A stretch of DNA of 64,000 nucleotides from Bryobacteraceae bacterium (GTDB taxonomy: Bacteria; Acidobacteriota; Terriglobia; Bryobacterales; Bryobacteraceae): the NCBI GenBank assembly GCA_035495815.1, contig DATJFH010000011.1:30441-94440 (forward strand), read 5' to 3'. Made by a program: the position numbers and the translations under genes. The notes below the pieces were generated by a model. It worked only from the letters and a program-made list of their open reading frames with translations. It had not been told where the DNA came from and searched no databases. Positions 37,567 to 49,063 of the stretch are shown piece by piece (position 1 is the first letter of the stretch; each line of letters begins with the position of its first letter).

Positions 37567-38985
37567 TCAAATCTTCCAGCAGATGAGCTTGGGTTCCGTC
37601 ATTTCCTCAATTGCGTACTTGGGGCCTTCCCGGCCGGCGCCGCTCATTTTGACGCCGCCGTAAGGCATCTGGTCTACGCGGTACTGCGGTATCTCGTTGA
37701 TCATAAAGCCGCCTACGTGTACCCGCTGGGCGGTATTGAAGGCTTTCCTGATGTCCCGGGTATAAATACCCGCCTGCAGGCCGTATTCGGAATCATTGAC
37801 TTGCGCGATGGCCTCATCGAGGGTTTCGTACGAGTTGATTCCCACCACCGGGCCGAACGCTTCCCGGCAGGCAACCTTGGCGCCGGCGGGCACTTCCGTG
37901 AGCACCGTCGGCTCCACCGTGGAGCGTTTCCGCACCCCGCCGCTTTCGAGCCTGGCTCCGGCGGCAACCGCCTCCTGGATCCAGCTTTCAACCCGCTCCG
38001 CCTCGCCTTCGGTGATCAGGGAGCTGATGTCGGTGGACGGAGAATGCGGATGGCCGATCTGCAGCTTCCGTGCGTTTTCGACGAAGCGCTCCACGAACTG
38101 GCCGCGGACCTTCCGGTTGACGTAGATCCGCTGCACAGAGATGCAGACCTGGCCCGAGTGGGCGAAGCTGCCGGCTACGCAGCGGGCTACGGCTTCGTCG
38201 AGATCTGCGTCGTCTTCGACGATGACCGCCGAGTTCGAACCGAGCTCCAGCGTGACGCGCTTCATACCGGCCAGATTGCGGATCCGAAGGCCCACGTCCA
38301 CACTGCCGGTGAAGGTGACCATGGCGATGCGCTTGTCGAATACCAGCATATCGCCGATGGCGCCGCCGGGGCCGGTGATCACGTTGAGGGCTCCGGCGGG
38401 GAGTCCGCACTTTTCGAAGATGCCCGCCATGCGGACCGCCGAAATAGGGGTGGTGGACGCCGGCTTGTGAACCACGGTATTCCCGCCGGCGAGGGCGGGG
38501 CCGATCTTGTGCATGGCCAGGTTCAACGGAAAGTTGAACGGCGTGATCGCGGCGATGACACCCAGCGGCTCGCGGACTGTCATGGCCCAGTGGCCTTTGC
38601 CCGTGGGAGAGGCGTCCATGGGGACCACTTCTCCATGCAGCCGGTGTGCCTCCTCGGCCGAGAACAGCAAGGTGAGAGCGGACCGTTCGACTTCGAACTT
38701 GGCCTCCTTGATCGGCTTGCCGGTTTCCGAGCTGACGGCCATCGCCATCTCGTCCCGGTCGTCCAGCAGCGCCTGGTAGGCCCGTCGCAGGATGGCGGAC
38801 CGCTCGTCGAGCGTCATCTCGCGCATGACAGGGGCGGCGGCAACAGCCGCGGCCATGGCGGCGTCGACCTGCTCCCGGGTGGCCTCGAAAATGGCGCCTA
38901 CTTCCGACCCGTCATAAGGCAACTGCACCGATCGGCGGTCGGCGCTGCGGACGGACTTGCCGCCGATATGCATGGGGTATTCCAT
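37567..38985 (-). CDS. NAD(P)-dependent aldehyde dehydrogenase
   Basis: ORF track to 39036. Likely start ATG 38985 (MEYPMHIGGK). Catalytic 'ELGSNSAV' (Glu) and 'GQVCISVQRIYV' (Cys) motifs, 'FTGSVDVG'. Confidence 0.85.
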   Translation of the reverse strand: MEYPMHIGGKSVRSADRRSVQLPYDGSEVGAIFEATREQVDAAMAAAVAAAPVMREMTLDERSAILRRAYQALLDDRDEMAMAVSSETGKPIKEAKFEVERSALTLLFSAEEAHRLHGEVVPMDASPTGKGHWAMTVREPLGVIAAITPFNFPLNLAMHKIGPALAGGNTVVHKPASTTPISAVRMAGIFEKCGLPAGALNVITGPGGAIGDMLVFDKRIAMVTFTGSVDVGLRIRNLAGMKRVTLELGSNSAVIVEDDADLDEAVARCVAGSFAHSGQVCISVQRIYVNRKVRGQFVERFVENARKLQIGHPHSPSTDISSLITEGEAERVESWIQEAVAAGARLESGGVRKRSTVEPTVLTEVPAGAKVACREAFGPVVGINSYETLDEAIAQVNDSEYGLQAGIYTRDIRKAFNTAQRVHVGGFMINEIPQYRVDQMPYGGVKMSGAGREGPKYAIEEMTEPKLICWKI

Positions 38986-39057
38986 GACTTCATGATAGAG
39001 GCTTTCCGATTCGCGGCGTAGGCCGCAGCCGGCCACTTTTGGCTGGCCGGAGGGGCG

Positions 39058-40500
39058 CTACCTTTGCAGCGGGTCCTCGATCCAGGGCGGAGTGGCCTCG
39101 ATCAAACGGCCCAGTTCGGGCTCGAGCTCTTCCATTTTGCGCTTCATCTCCCAGGCGATGTTGCGGTAGCTGAAGTGTCCCTTCACGCCGCTGCGGAGCC
39201 GGGAGATGTACTCCGCTTCGGCGAAATCCATCTTGAACAGAAAGCGGGACCGCGCGCCGAAGGGCAACAGGTAGTGTGAGCCGGGAGCGGCCAGAGCGCG
39301 CATCGCCTGCCAGGCCGATTCCATCGCTCCACGATAGATGTCAGCCGCCCCGCACTTTTCCACCAGCTCCGGCGTATCGTAGCCCAGGCCGCCCGTGTAG
39401 GGCTGCCGGAACTGCTGGCAGCGGCGATGGCGGTGCAGATCCCGGTAGGCGCCGATGTCGATGACCAGGTCGTAAACGTACAAGCCGCCGCGGAAGCCGG
39501 CGAGCAGCTCGTCCCGGCGCGTGCGGGACTGCAGCGCCAGGTCGATGACTTCGCGGCGGCGGGCGGCGCTCCACTCGGCCGCCATATCGTACAGCTCGCG
39601 GAAGGGACGCGTGGTGGCTGGATAGAGCAGAGTCGCCACAATGTCCGCCGCGGTTTCGGTGGGGCGGACAAGATCCACCAGTTCCACGGGCGTGGCGGCG
39701 GGCGCCGGCAGATTCTGCTGCGCCCATTGGCGCAGATCCGCGCGGGACCGGACCAGGTAGGCGTCCACTTCGGCATGCCGCGCCAGCGTGGGCGCGAGCG
39801 GCTCCTGGGCATTGTCCGGAGTCCAGGCGCAGTCCGGCTCGCGCGCGCAGGCTTCGCCGATTTCCTCGCCCAGGCTGCGCAGCTCCCCGTACTCGGACGC
39901 TTTCAAGCGCCGGATCTGGCGCTCCAGCGTGCGGATGCTGGTCACTTGTCCGATGTTGGTAGGAATGCCCCAGAACAGCAGGTAGCGGGCTACGTCGAAG
40001 GCGCGCGCCGCGATATTCCGCCGGTAGGCCTCGGGCTTCATCTCGTCGGGACGCGGCAGGACGCGGGTAAGGTAGTCGCCGGCGAGGGCATTGACGGCAT
40101 TGTAGGCGTCAAGCAGGTCGCCGGCGGCCTTGGCATAGGCCGCGGCCTGTTCTCCGGTGAGCTCGGGCGGCGTCACGAATCCGGAACGGGAAAAATCCTG
40201 GTATCGGGAGGATTTCGCCTGGCCGTCCCACAGGTTCTCGTCTTCGATTTCGGTGGCGGCCAGCTCCGACATTCCCTCGAAGCAGACCACCACATGACCG
40301 AGGTCGGCGATGGAGGCGTGTCCGTATTGGAAGTAGAAGCTCTCGAGAAATGACTGCGAATTGTGGGTCCGCACCCATTCGATCGACTGACGGATCGAAT
40401 CCGGCGAGCGGCTGTAGCGCGCCAGCGCGTAGGCGCACTTTTCACTGGGCATGGGCGCCACGGTGATGACGCGCTTTGGTTTCTCGGCGGGGCTGGTCAA
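39058..40500 (-). CDS. thyX: FAD-dependent thymidylate synthase, long two-domain form
   Basis: 480 aa (twice a canonical ThyX). C-terminal half carries the ThyX signature 'RHRRCQQFRQPYTGG' (RHRx7-8S-like). N-terminal half is a degenerate Thy1 repeat ('YGHASIADLGHVVVCFEGMSELAATEI...SSRY') lacking RHR. Confidence 0.8.
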   Translation of the reverse strand: MTSPAEKPKRVITVAPMPSEKCAYALARYSRSPDSIRQSIEWVRTHNSQSFLESFYFQYGHASIADLGHVVVCFEGMSELAATEIEDENLWDGQAKSSRYQDFSRSGFVTPPELTGEQAAAYAKAAGDLLDAYNAVNALAGDYLTRVLPRPDEMKPEAYRRNIAARAFDVARYLLFWGIPTNIGQVTSIRTLERQIRRLKASEYGELRSLGEEIGEACAREPDCAWTPDNAQEPLAPTLARHAEVDAYLVRSRADLRQWAQQNLPAPAATPVELVDLVRPTETAADIVATLLYPATTRPFRELYDMAAEWSAARRREVIDLALQSRTRRDELLAGFRGGLYVYDLVIDIGAYRDLHRHRRCQQFRQPYTGGLGYDTPELVEKCGAADIYRGAMESAWQAMRALAAPGSHYLLPFGARSRFLFKMDFAEAEYISRLRSGVKGHFSYRNIAWEMKRKMEELEPELGRLIEATPPWIEDPLQR

Positions 40501-40519
40501 GTTATCATGTTAAATCACA

Positions 40520-40951
40520 ATGAAGATCAAGATTCTGCGGACGTCGCCTCAGGCGGTCCTTCCTGAATACGCGCACGGGCCGGCCGAGGACGCCGGGATG
40601 GACCTGCGCGCGGTTTCCCCGGCAACGCTGATTCCGAATGTGCCGTTGGCGGTGCCGACCGGATTGAGTATCGAATTGCCACCGGGCTATGAAGCGCAGG
40701 TGCGGCCGCGCAGCGGACTGGCGCTGAAGCACGCCATCACGGTGCCCAACGCGCCGGCGACGATCGACCCGGGCTATCGGGGCGAGATCAAGGTGATCCT
40801 GCTGAACCTGGGACGCGAGAATTACGAGATCCAGCCCGGTGACCGAATCGCCCAGATGGTGATTGCGCGTTACGAAGCGATCGAGTGGGAAGAGGGCGAA
40901 CTGGGCGCGTCGAACCGGGGGGCCGGCGGGTTTGGCTCATCAGGCCGGTAA
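40520..40951 (+). CDS. dut: dUTP diphosphatase
   Basis: 143 aa; motifs 'AGMDLRA', 'RSGLALKH', '[13 protein letters not shown]', 'GDRIAQMV', C-terminal '[10 protein letters not shown]'. Divergent from thyX (19-bp spacing). Confidence 0.9.
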   Translation: MKIKILRTSPQAVLPEYAHGPAEDAGMDLRAVSPATLIPNVPLAVPTGLSIELPPGYEAQVRPRSGLALKHAITVPNAPATIDPGYRGEIKVILLNLGRENYEIQPGDRIAQMVIARYEAIEWEEGELGASNRGAGGFGSSGR

Positions 40952-41133
40952 TCCAAGCCGGATGCGAACCGTCGGACAGCATGGTCCCCGGACGTGTCGC
41001 GCCAGCCTTGGCCTGTTCCGAACCCCGGCCGAGGCAACCTTGATCCTTCGGTTTGGAGCACGCCACATCTGACACCTGCGCTCGGCATCGTTGCCGATTG
41101 CTCGAGCGGAAAGGCTTGAAGGCGAGGGTTCCT

Positions 41134-42258
<1,125 letters not shown>

Positions 42259-42265
42259 GTTTATC

Positions 42266-42655
42266 GTGAAACCGCTTCAGATCATCCTGGTGCTCGCACT
42301 GGCTTTCGGTTCGGCCGCCGCGGAAAAAAAGAAGAAGGCTCCGGATGTGGAGATCCTCGAGGCGACCGCAAGGCGGGGTGAAAGCAAAATCTCCCTGGAC
42401 GGCAAACTCCGGAACTCGGGCGAGAAGCCGATCAAGCAACTGATGCTACTGTTCGATTTCATGGCTCCAGGCCGGCAGGTGGTCACGACGCAAAAAGCCC
42501 CGATAGACGAGGAACTGCTCGAACCCGGCAAGGAAGCGGTCTTTCACATGGAGCTGAACGACCCCCCGCGGTCCGTGGAGTTTCAAATCAACGCCGCCGA
42601 GGGTTCCGGACGCGAATTGCGAGTGGCCCGCGGCGGTCCATTCGCGATCGAATAA
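42266..42655 (+). CDS. Small secreted hypothetical protein
   Basis: 129 aa, GTG start; signal peptide 'ILVLALAFGSAAA' then KKKK. No recognisable domain. Start is 7 nt from the divergent asparaginase-family start. Confidence 0.45.
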   Translation: MKPLQIILVLALAFGSAAAEKKKKAPDVEILEATARRGESKISLDGKLRNSGEKPIKQLMLLFDFMAPGRQVVTTQKAPIDEELLEPGKEAVFHMELNDPPRSVEFQINAAEGSGRELRVARGGPFAIE

Positions 42656-42726
42656 TCATCACCCGCTTTTACAAAATATTTACAACTCTGTAACGACTTG
42701 CATACTCCTCCCCTTTAGGATCAGAA

Positions 42727-43134
42727 GTGCAGGGGAACAGTATCCCGAAGGGAGTCAGAATGATAACCAGTCAACACGTCGATTTGAGGCCAGAGCGGTA
42801 TCAGGATCCGCACCTGGAAGTCGATTTTACCCGCGCTTCGGCGTCGCTCGACACACGGCGGATGGTTTTGACGCGAAAGGAGTACGAACTGCTGTCGCTG
42901 CTGGTCCAAAACGCCGGCGAGATCATTCCCCGTGAGGCGCTGCTGTGGCGCGTCTGGGGTTACAGCGCCCAGATTCGCACGCGCACCCTGGACGTGCACA
43001 TCCGGCGGCTCCGGAAGAAGCTCGGAGGATACAGCGAGCAGTATATCGAGACGATCTTCGGAATCGGTTACCGGTTTCAACCGTTCCGCCCGCAGCGTGC
43101 GCTGCAGGATTACGGCATGCACGCGGTGGCGTAA
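42727..43134 (+). CDS. Stand-alone OmpR/PhoB-type winged-helix DNA-binding domain protein (no receiver domain)
   Basis: 135 aa (or 124 aa from ATG 42760). 'LTRKEYELLSLLVQNAGEIIPREALLWRVWGYSAQIRTRTLDVHIRRLRKKLG...IETIFGIGYRF' matches the Trans_reg_C fold. Preceded by an AT-rich 70-bp leader. Confidence 0.6.
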   Translation: MQGNSIPKGVRMITSQHVDLRPERYQDPHLEVDFTRASASLDTRRMVLTRKEYELLSLLVQNAGEIIPREALLWRVWGYSAQIRTRTLDVHIRRLRKKLGGYSEQYIETIFGIGYRFQPFRPQRALQDYGMHAVA

Positions 43135-43220
43135 CCGCGGGTCGTGATCATTCCCGCCCATGGTTCGCGTACGGCAGTGATGAAAACCTCGGCTCACGCG
43201 ACGTGCGCTGAGCGGACGCG

Positions 43221-44459
43221 CTACAGGCCCAGGATTTGGCGGCGCAGGAGGTCGAGAGCCATCTGGCAGGTAAACTGGCGGATGCGGTCGCGATCTCCCA
43301 TGAACTGGCGATTTGCCGTCCTCGTTCCATTGACGCCAGCCAAAGCGGCATAGACCGTTCCCACGGGGACTTTCTCGCCACCCTGCCCCGGACCGGCGAC
43401 GCCGGTCACAGCCAGCGCGTAGGTGGTTCCGGCCCGCTTTCTCGCGCCGACGGCCATGGCCTCGGCCGTTTCCTTGCTCACCGCGCCGAACAACTCCAGC
43501 GTCGCTTCACTGACGCCGAGCAGCTCCGTCTTGAGGCGCCTCGAATAAGTGACGAATCCGCCTTCGAAATAATCGGAGCTGCCGGGGACCGAGGTGATGC
43601 GCTCGGCCAGCAATCCACCGGTAAGGCTTTCCGCGATACAAAGCGTCGCTCCGCTGCGGCGCAGTAACTCGCCGGCCACAGCCTCGAGCGGGTCCCCGTT
43701 GCGGGAGTAGATCCGGTCGCCGAGCAACTGCTCGATCGGGCCGCCAACCTCGGCCAGGAGCGCCAGCGCCTCAGGCTCGTCCACACAGCGAGCGCGTAGG
43801 TGCACCTGAATGTCACCGGCTGCCGCCAGGATTGTGGTGGCCGGATTCTCGTACTTCTTGTAGACTGGCGCGATCAGCTGGTCGAGATCGGACTCCCCCA
43901 TTCCGGCCACGCGCAATACGAGCGACCGTATTACCAGCTTTGGCGCGCGCCTTTCGAGGCGCGGCAGACACTGGCGCGCGAACATGGCTTTCAACTCGTG
44001 CGGCGGTCCGGGCAGCAGCATGATTGAAGCGCCCGATTCGTCGATCCATTGTCCGGGCGCGGTGCCACGGTCGTTGGGCAGGATCTCCGCGCCTTCGATG
44101 ATGAACGCCTGGCGCTTGTTGACCTCCGCCATCTTCCGGCCCATCTGGCGGAAACGCTGCTCGAGTTGATCGCTGATCTCGTCGTGGAAGCGCTGCCTGC
44201 GATCGAGCGCGAGCGCGACGGCGTCCCGCGTGACATCGTCTTCTGTCGGCCCGAGGCCCCCGGTGATGATGACGATTTGCGAATGGCACACGGCGCGCCG
44301 GACCGCTTCAGCGAGGCGCTCCCGATCGTCGCCGATGACGCACTTGGTGACGAGCTCGACGCCGAGGCCGTTGAGCTGATCGGTCAGATAAAGAGAATTC
44401 GTGTCGAGCCGCTGGGCCGTCAGCAGCTCCGAGCCGACAGCGATGATTTCCGCAACCAT
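43221..44459 (-). CDS. cinA: CinA-family protein (MoCF-biosynthesis-like N-domain + nicotinamide-nucleotide amidohydrolase PncC C-domain)
   Basis: 412 aa; 'AEIIAVGSELL', 'IIITGGLGPTEDD', C-terminal 'TLCIAESLTGGLLAERITSVPGSSDYFEGGFVTYS'. Confidence 0.85.
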   Translation of the reverse strand: MVAEIIAVGSELLTAQRLDTNSLYLTDQLNGLGVELVTKCVIGDDRERLAEAVRRAVCHSQIVIITGGLGPTEDDVTRDAVALALDRRQRFHDEISDQLEQRFRQMGRKMAEVNKRQAFIIEGAEILPNDRGTAPGQWIDESGASIMLLPGPPHELKAMFARQCLPRLERRAPKLVIRSLVLRVAGMGESDLDQLIAPVYKKYENPATTILAAAGDIQVHLRARCVDEPEALALLAEVGGPIEQLLGDRIYSRNGDPLEAVAGELLRRSGATLCIAESLTGGLLAERITSVPGSSDYFEGGFVTYSRRLKTELLGVSEATLELFGAVSKETAEAMAVGARKRAGTTYALAVTGVAGPGQGGEKVPVGTVYAALAGVNGTRTANRQFMGDRDRIRQFTCQMALDLLRRQILGL

Positions 44460-44461
44460 CG

Positions 44462-45511
44462 TCAGAACAGCGGCCGGCCCTTGATGCCCGCGTCGACACG
44501 GTAGACGGCGTTCGTGGTGGTGATGGCAAGAGCGCGCGACGGCGTGAAGGCCAGACCCACGATGCCGGGCCCGGAAAGGAACAGCTCGGCCTTGCGGTCC
44601 TGATTGATGCGGACGACACCCCGGCGCCCGCCGAGCGAGGCGGCGATGTAGAGCCGGTCCTCCGCGTCGAAGGCCATGCCTTGGGGCCGTCCCAGCCCGC
44701 GGTAGAAGACTTCGACTTCACCGGTGTGGGAGATTCGATACACGGAGTCAAAACTGGACGTGGTGGGCCCGCTCACGTAGAGATACCGGTCGGGGCCGAA
44801 CGTCAGGTGATAGGCGGCGATCGACGGCTCGATCGTGGCAAAGACGAAGATCTGCCGCTCGGGGCTGATTTTGAAGATAGTGCCGCTGCGGTCGCCGACG
44901 TACATGTTGCGCTCGTCGTCGAACGCGATCCCGGTGGCGACGCCCATACCCTCCACGTAGACCGAGATGTTGCCGTTCGGCGTAGCTTGATAAACGACCC
45001 CGTCGAAGCGGCTGGTGATGTACAGCATGCCGTCCCAGTCAAAGGCCATGCCGCTCGGATTCATCATGTCGTTGATGAACGGCTTTACGTTGTAGTTCAG
45101 GTCGATTTTGTAGACCGCCACCGGAACTTTCTGCCCGCGCGATCCGCTAAAGGTGGAGTAGATTGCGCCCATCGAATCCACGGCGGGATTCGCGACCGGG
45201 TGGAGGCTGTCGGCGATGGGGATTCCGATGTCGCAGGCCCACGTCTGGCTCGACCGGTCGCCGCTGGTGATGATCAACTCCCCGCTGGCTGCGCCTTCCG
45301 GCACCTTGGCGATGACGAGCGAGTCGGAGCCGATGGTGAGCGGCGCGGCAACGTCGCCGATCGTCACCCGGGGCCAGCCTGGCTTGGTGAATCCCTTTCC
45401 ACGAATCTGAAATTCGCCCCCGGCGATCGCGGCTGCCGGCGAGACCTGGGCGATTTCGGGCCGTCCGTTAACATCCTTCCGCAGTCCCATATTCAATAAA
45501 GATTGAAACAT
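44462..45511 (-). CDS. IPT/TIG domain + NHL/SMP-30-like beta-propeller protein, no signal peptide
   Basis: 349 aa; 'PEIAQVSPAAAIAGGEFQIRGKGF' IPT start. Six-bladed propeller repeats ('GMAFDWDGMLYIT', 'GIAFDDERNMYVGD', 'GMAFDAEDRLYIA'). Start may be ATG 45490 to avoid a 19-nt overlap with pgpA. Confidence 0.55.
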   Translation of the reverse strand: MFQSLLNMGLRKDVNGRPEIAQVSPAAAIAGGEFQIRGKGFTKPGWPRVTIGDVAAPLTIGSDSLVIAKVPEGAASGELIITSGDRSSQTWACDIGIPIADSLHPVANPAVDSMGAIYSTFSGSRGQKVPVAVYKIDLNYNVKPFINDMMNPSGMAFDWDGMLYITSRFDGVVYQATPNGNISVYVEGMGVATGIAFDDERNMYVGDRSGTIFKISPERQIFVFATIEPSIAAYHLTFGPDRYLYVSGPTTSSFDSVYRISHTGEVEVFYRGLGRPQGMAFDAEDRLYIAASLGGRRGVVRINQDRKAELFLSGPGIVGLAFTPSRALAITTTNAVYRVDAGIKGRPLF

Positions 45512-45951
45512 CCCGTTATAAATAAGACAAGTGCCCCATAAATTCCGGCCATGACATCATCCGCCACGATGCCCATACCGGAGGGGAGAGCCTCGAGCCG
45601 CCGAACCGGCGGAGGTTTCCAGATATCGAACAGCCGGAACAAGCAGAACCCCGCCACCCAACTCTTCCAGTTTAGCGAGGACGCTCCGGCCAACGTGATC
45701 CATTGTCCCAGAACTTCGTCCACGACGACGATACCGGGATCCTTGGACTGGATCTGCCCGGCGGTTTCGCCGGCCGCCCAGATCGCAATGGGAAGCACGG
45801 CCAGCGCCAGCCAGGAGAAATGAGGCGGCCGCCAATGAGCTAGTTCCGCAAGCGCGTACGCGATTCCGACCGCGGCCAGCGAGCCCGCCGTACCCGGACC
45901 GACGGGAACATATCCGCATCCAAACCAGGTGGCGATGATTCTGGCGAGCAT
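45493..45951 (-). CDS. pgpA: Phosphatidylglycerophosphatase A
   Basis: 152 aa; 'WFGCGYVPVGPGTAGSLAA', 'VVDEVLGQW', 'FRLFDIWKP' PgpA motifs. Confidence 0.8.
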   Translation of the reverse strand: MLARIIATWFGCGYVPVGPGTAGSLAAVGIAYALAELAHWRPPHFSWLALAVLPIAIWAAGETAGQIQSKDPGIVVVDEVLGQWITLAGASSLNWKSWVAGFCLFRLFDIWKPPPVRRLEALPSGMGIVADDVMAGIYGALVLFITGCFNLY

Positions 45952-46027
45952 GGGGGGTTAGCGCGGGGCAGGCTGGAATCCTGTCCGGCTCGCGCGGGCG
46001 GGGACAGCAGACTGGAGGGGCAGTCCG

Positions 46028-46197
46028 CTACTCATCTTCGTCCTTCCCCGCTGAGTCCTGGTCGGGGTCGACCGGCTTTCCCGGGATGACATACCTGCCG
46101 GAAGCCCAATTCCCCAAATCGATCAAGCGGCAGCGCTCGCTGCAGAAGGGCATTTCCGGAGAGCCGGGAGCGACATCCTTTTTGCAGATCGGACACT

Positions 46198-46201
<4 letters not shown>
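46028..46201 (-). CDS. yacG: DNA gyrase inhibitor YacG-like zinc-ribbon protein
   Basis: 57 aa, hidden at the C-terminal end of a 290-aa spurious ORF. '[37 protein letters not shown]' = CxxC...FCSxRCxxIDLGxW. ATG overlaps the rimO stop (ATGA). Confidence 0.6.
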
Positions 46202-47574
<1,373 letters not shown>

Positions 47575-47621
47575 TGTATTGTTTTCCGGGGAAGATCTCT
47601 TCCCTATAGAATAGCAGTTTC

Positions 47622-48971
47622 ATGGACCGTCGAGCCTTCCTTCAGACCCTGCCCGCGCTGGCCCAGACCCGGCGCCGCCCCGATTCACCTCCGAATATTC
47701 TTTTCATCATGCCGGACCAGTGGCGGGGAATGGATCTGGGGGTGGCCGGAAACACTCAAGTGCGCACGCCGAACCTGGACCGATTGGCCCGGGAAGGCAT
47801 GCTGTTTCGCGGCGCGGTGGCCAATACACCGGTCTGCACGCCGGCGCGGGGCACGCTGCTCACCGGCAAATACCCGCATTCCTGCGGCGTGGCGGTCAAT
47901 GACGTGCCGCTGCCGGCGGAGGAGAACACGATCGGCAAAATTTTGCGGGAGCGGGGATATTTTACCGGCTTCATCGGCAAGTGGCATCTGGAAGGCGGAA
48001 AGCGCGAACCGGGTTTCGTGGCGCCCGGCGCGCGGCGCATGGGATTCGAATATTGGGCGGCCAATATCTGCAGTCACAATTATTTCCACCAGCGCTACTT
48101 CCGGGATGATGCGACTCCGATCGAAATCAAAGGTTACGACGCCTTCGGCTGGACCGATCTCGGCATCGAGTTCCTGGAAAAGGCGCGGGAGAAAGGCAAG
48201 CCGTTCTGTCTGTACTGGCAGCCGCCCACTCCGCACGATCCGTACATCCCGCCGCCCGGATTCGAGACGATGTACGACCCGGAGAGGATCGAGTTGCGCA
48301 AGAACTGGCGCGCCGGCGCGAAGCGTTCCGGAACGCGCAAGGACATTGCCGGCTATTACGCCGCCATCGCGTGCCTGGACGAACAAATCGGACGGCTGCT
48401 GAAGAAGCTCGACGACATCGGGCAGCGCGAGAATACGATCGTGTTCGTGACGTCCGACCACGGCGATATGCACGGCTCGCAGGGAACGTTCCTGAAGCGG
48501 AAGCCGTGGGAGGAGTCGGTGCGCGTGCCGGGAATATTCCGTTGGCCGGAGGGGATCAAAGCCGGCGGGCAGTCGGATGCGCCGTTCTCGCACGTCGATG
48601 TGGTTCCGACGCTTCTCGAGTTGAGCGGCAGCCGTCCACCGGCGGGCATGCAGGGCGCCAGTTACGCGGATTACCTGCTGGGCAGATCGAAGAAATCGCC
48701 CGCGATGGCGCACCTGATGATCTATACGAAGACCGAGGCGAACGAGTACGAACCCTGGCGCGGCGTGCGCAGCCGCAAATACAAGTACGCCCGTTTTCGG
48801 GACAGGCCGTGGATGCTGCACGATCTGGAGAAGGATCCCTACGAGATGGAGAATCTGGCCGGGCGTCCCGAGAGCGCGAAGCTGATGGCGAAGCTGGATG
48901 CGGAGATCGAGCGGCGGATGCGGCTCACGGGAGATAAGTGGGACGAGCTGCACGACCAGCCGTATCGCTAG
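47622..48971 (+). CDS. Sulfatase (Cys-type)
   Basis: 449 aa; TAT signal 'MDRRAFLQTLPALAQ'. 'PVCTPARGTLLTGKYP' formylglycine motif, 'GKWHLEG'. Confidence 0.85.
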   Translation: MDRRAFLQTLPALAQTRRRPDSPPNILFIMPDQWRGMDLGVAGNTQVRTPNLDRLAREGMLFRGAVANTPVCTPARGTLLTGKYPHSCGVAVNDVPLPAEENTIGKILRERGYFTGFIGKWHLEGGKREPGFVAPGARRMGFEYWAANICSHNYFHQRYFRDDATPIEIKGYDAFGWTDLGIEFLEKAREKGKPFCLYWQPPTPHDPYIPPPGFETMYDPERIELRKNWRAGAKRSGTRKDIAGYYAAIACLDEQIGRLLKKLDDIGQRENTIVFVTSDHGDMHGSQGTFLKRKPWEESVRVPGIFRWPEGIKAGGQSDAPFSHVDVVPTLLELSGSRPPAGMQGASYADYLLGRSKKSPAMAHLMIYTKTEANEYEPWRGVRSRKYKYARFRDRPWMLHDLEKDPYEMENLAGRPESAKLMAKLDAEIERRMRLTGDKWDELHDQPYR

Positions 48972-49063
48972 GGCTTCCGCCGCGCTGCCCGCGAATCAAC
49001 GAACCCGGCGACTTGAAATTGTGAATTCCCGAGGCGCTCAGGGCCCGGCGCTACGCATTTTCG

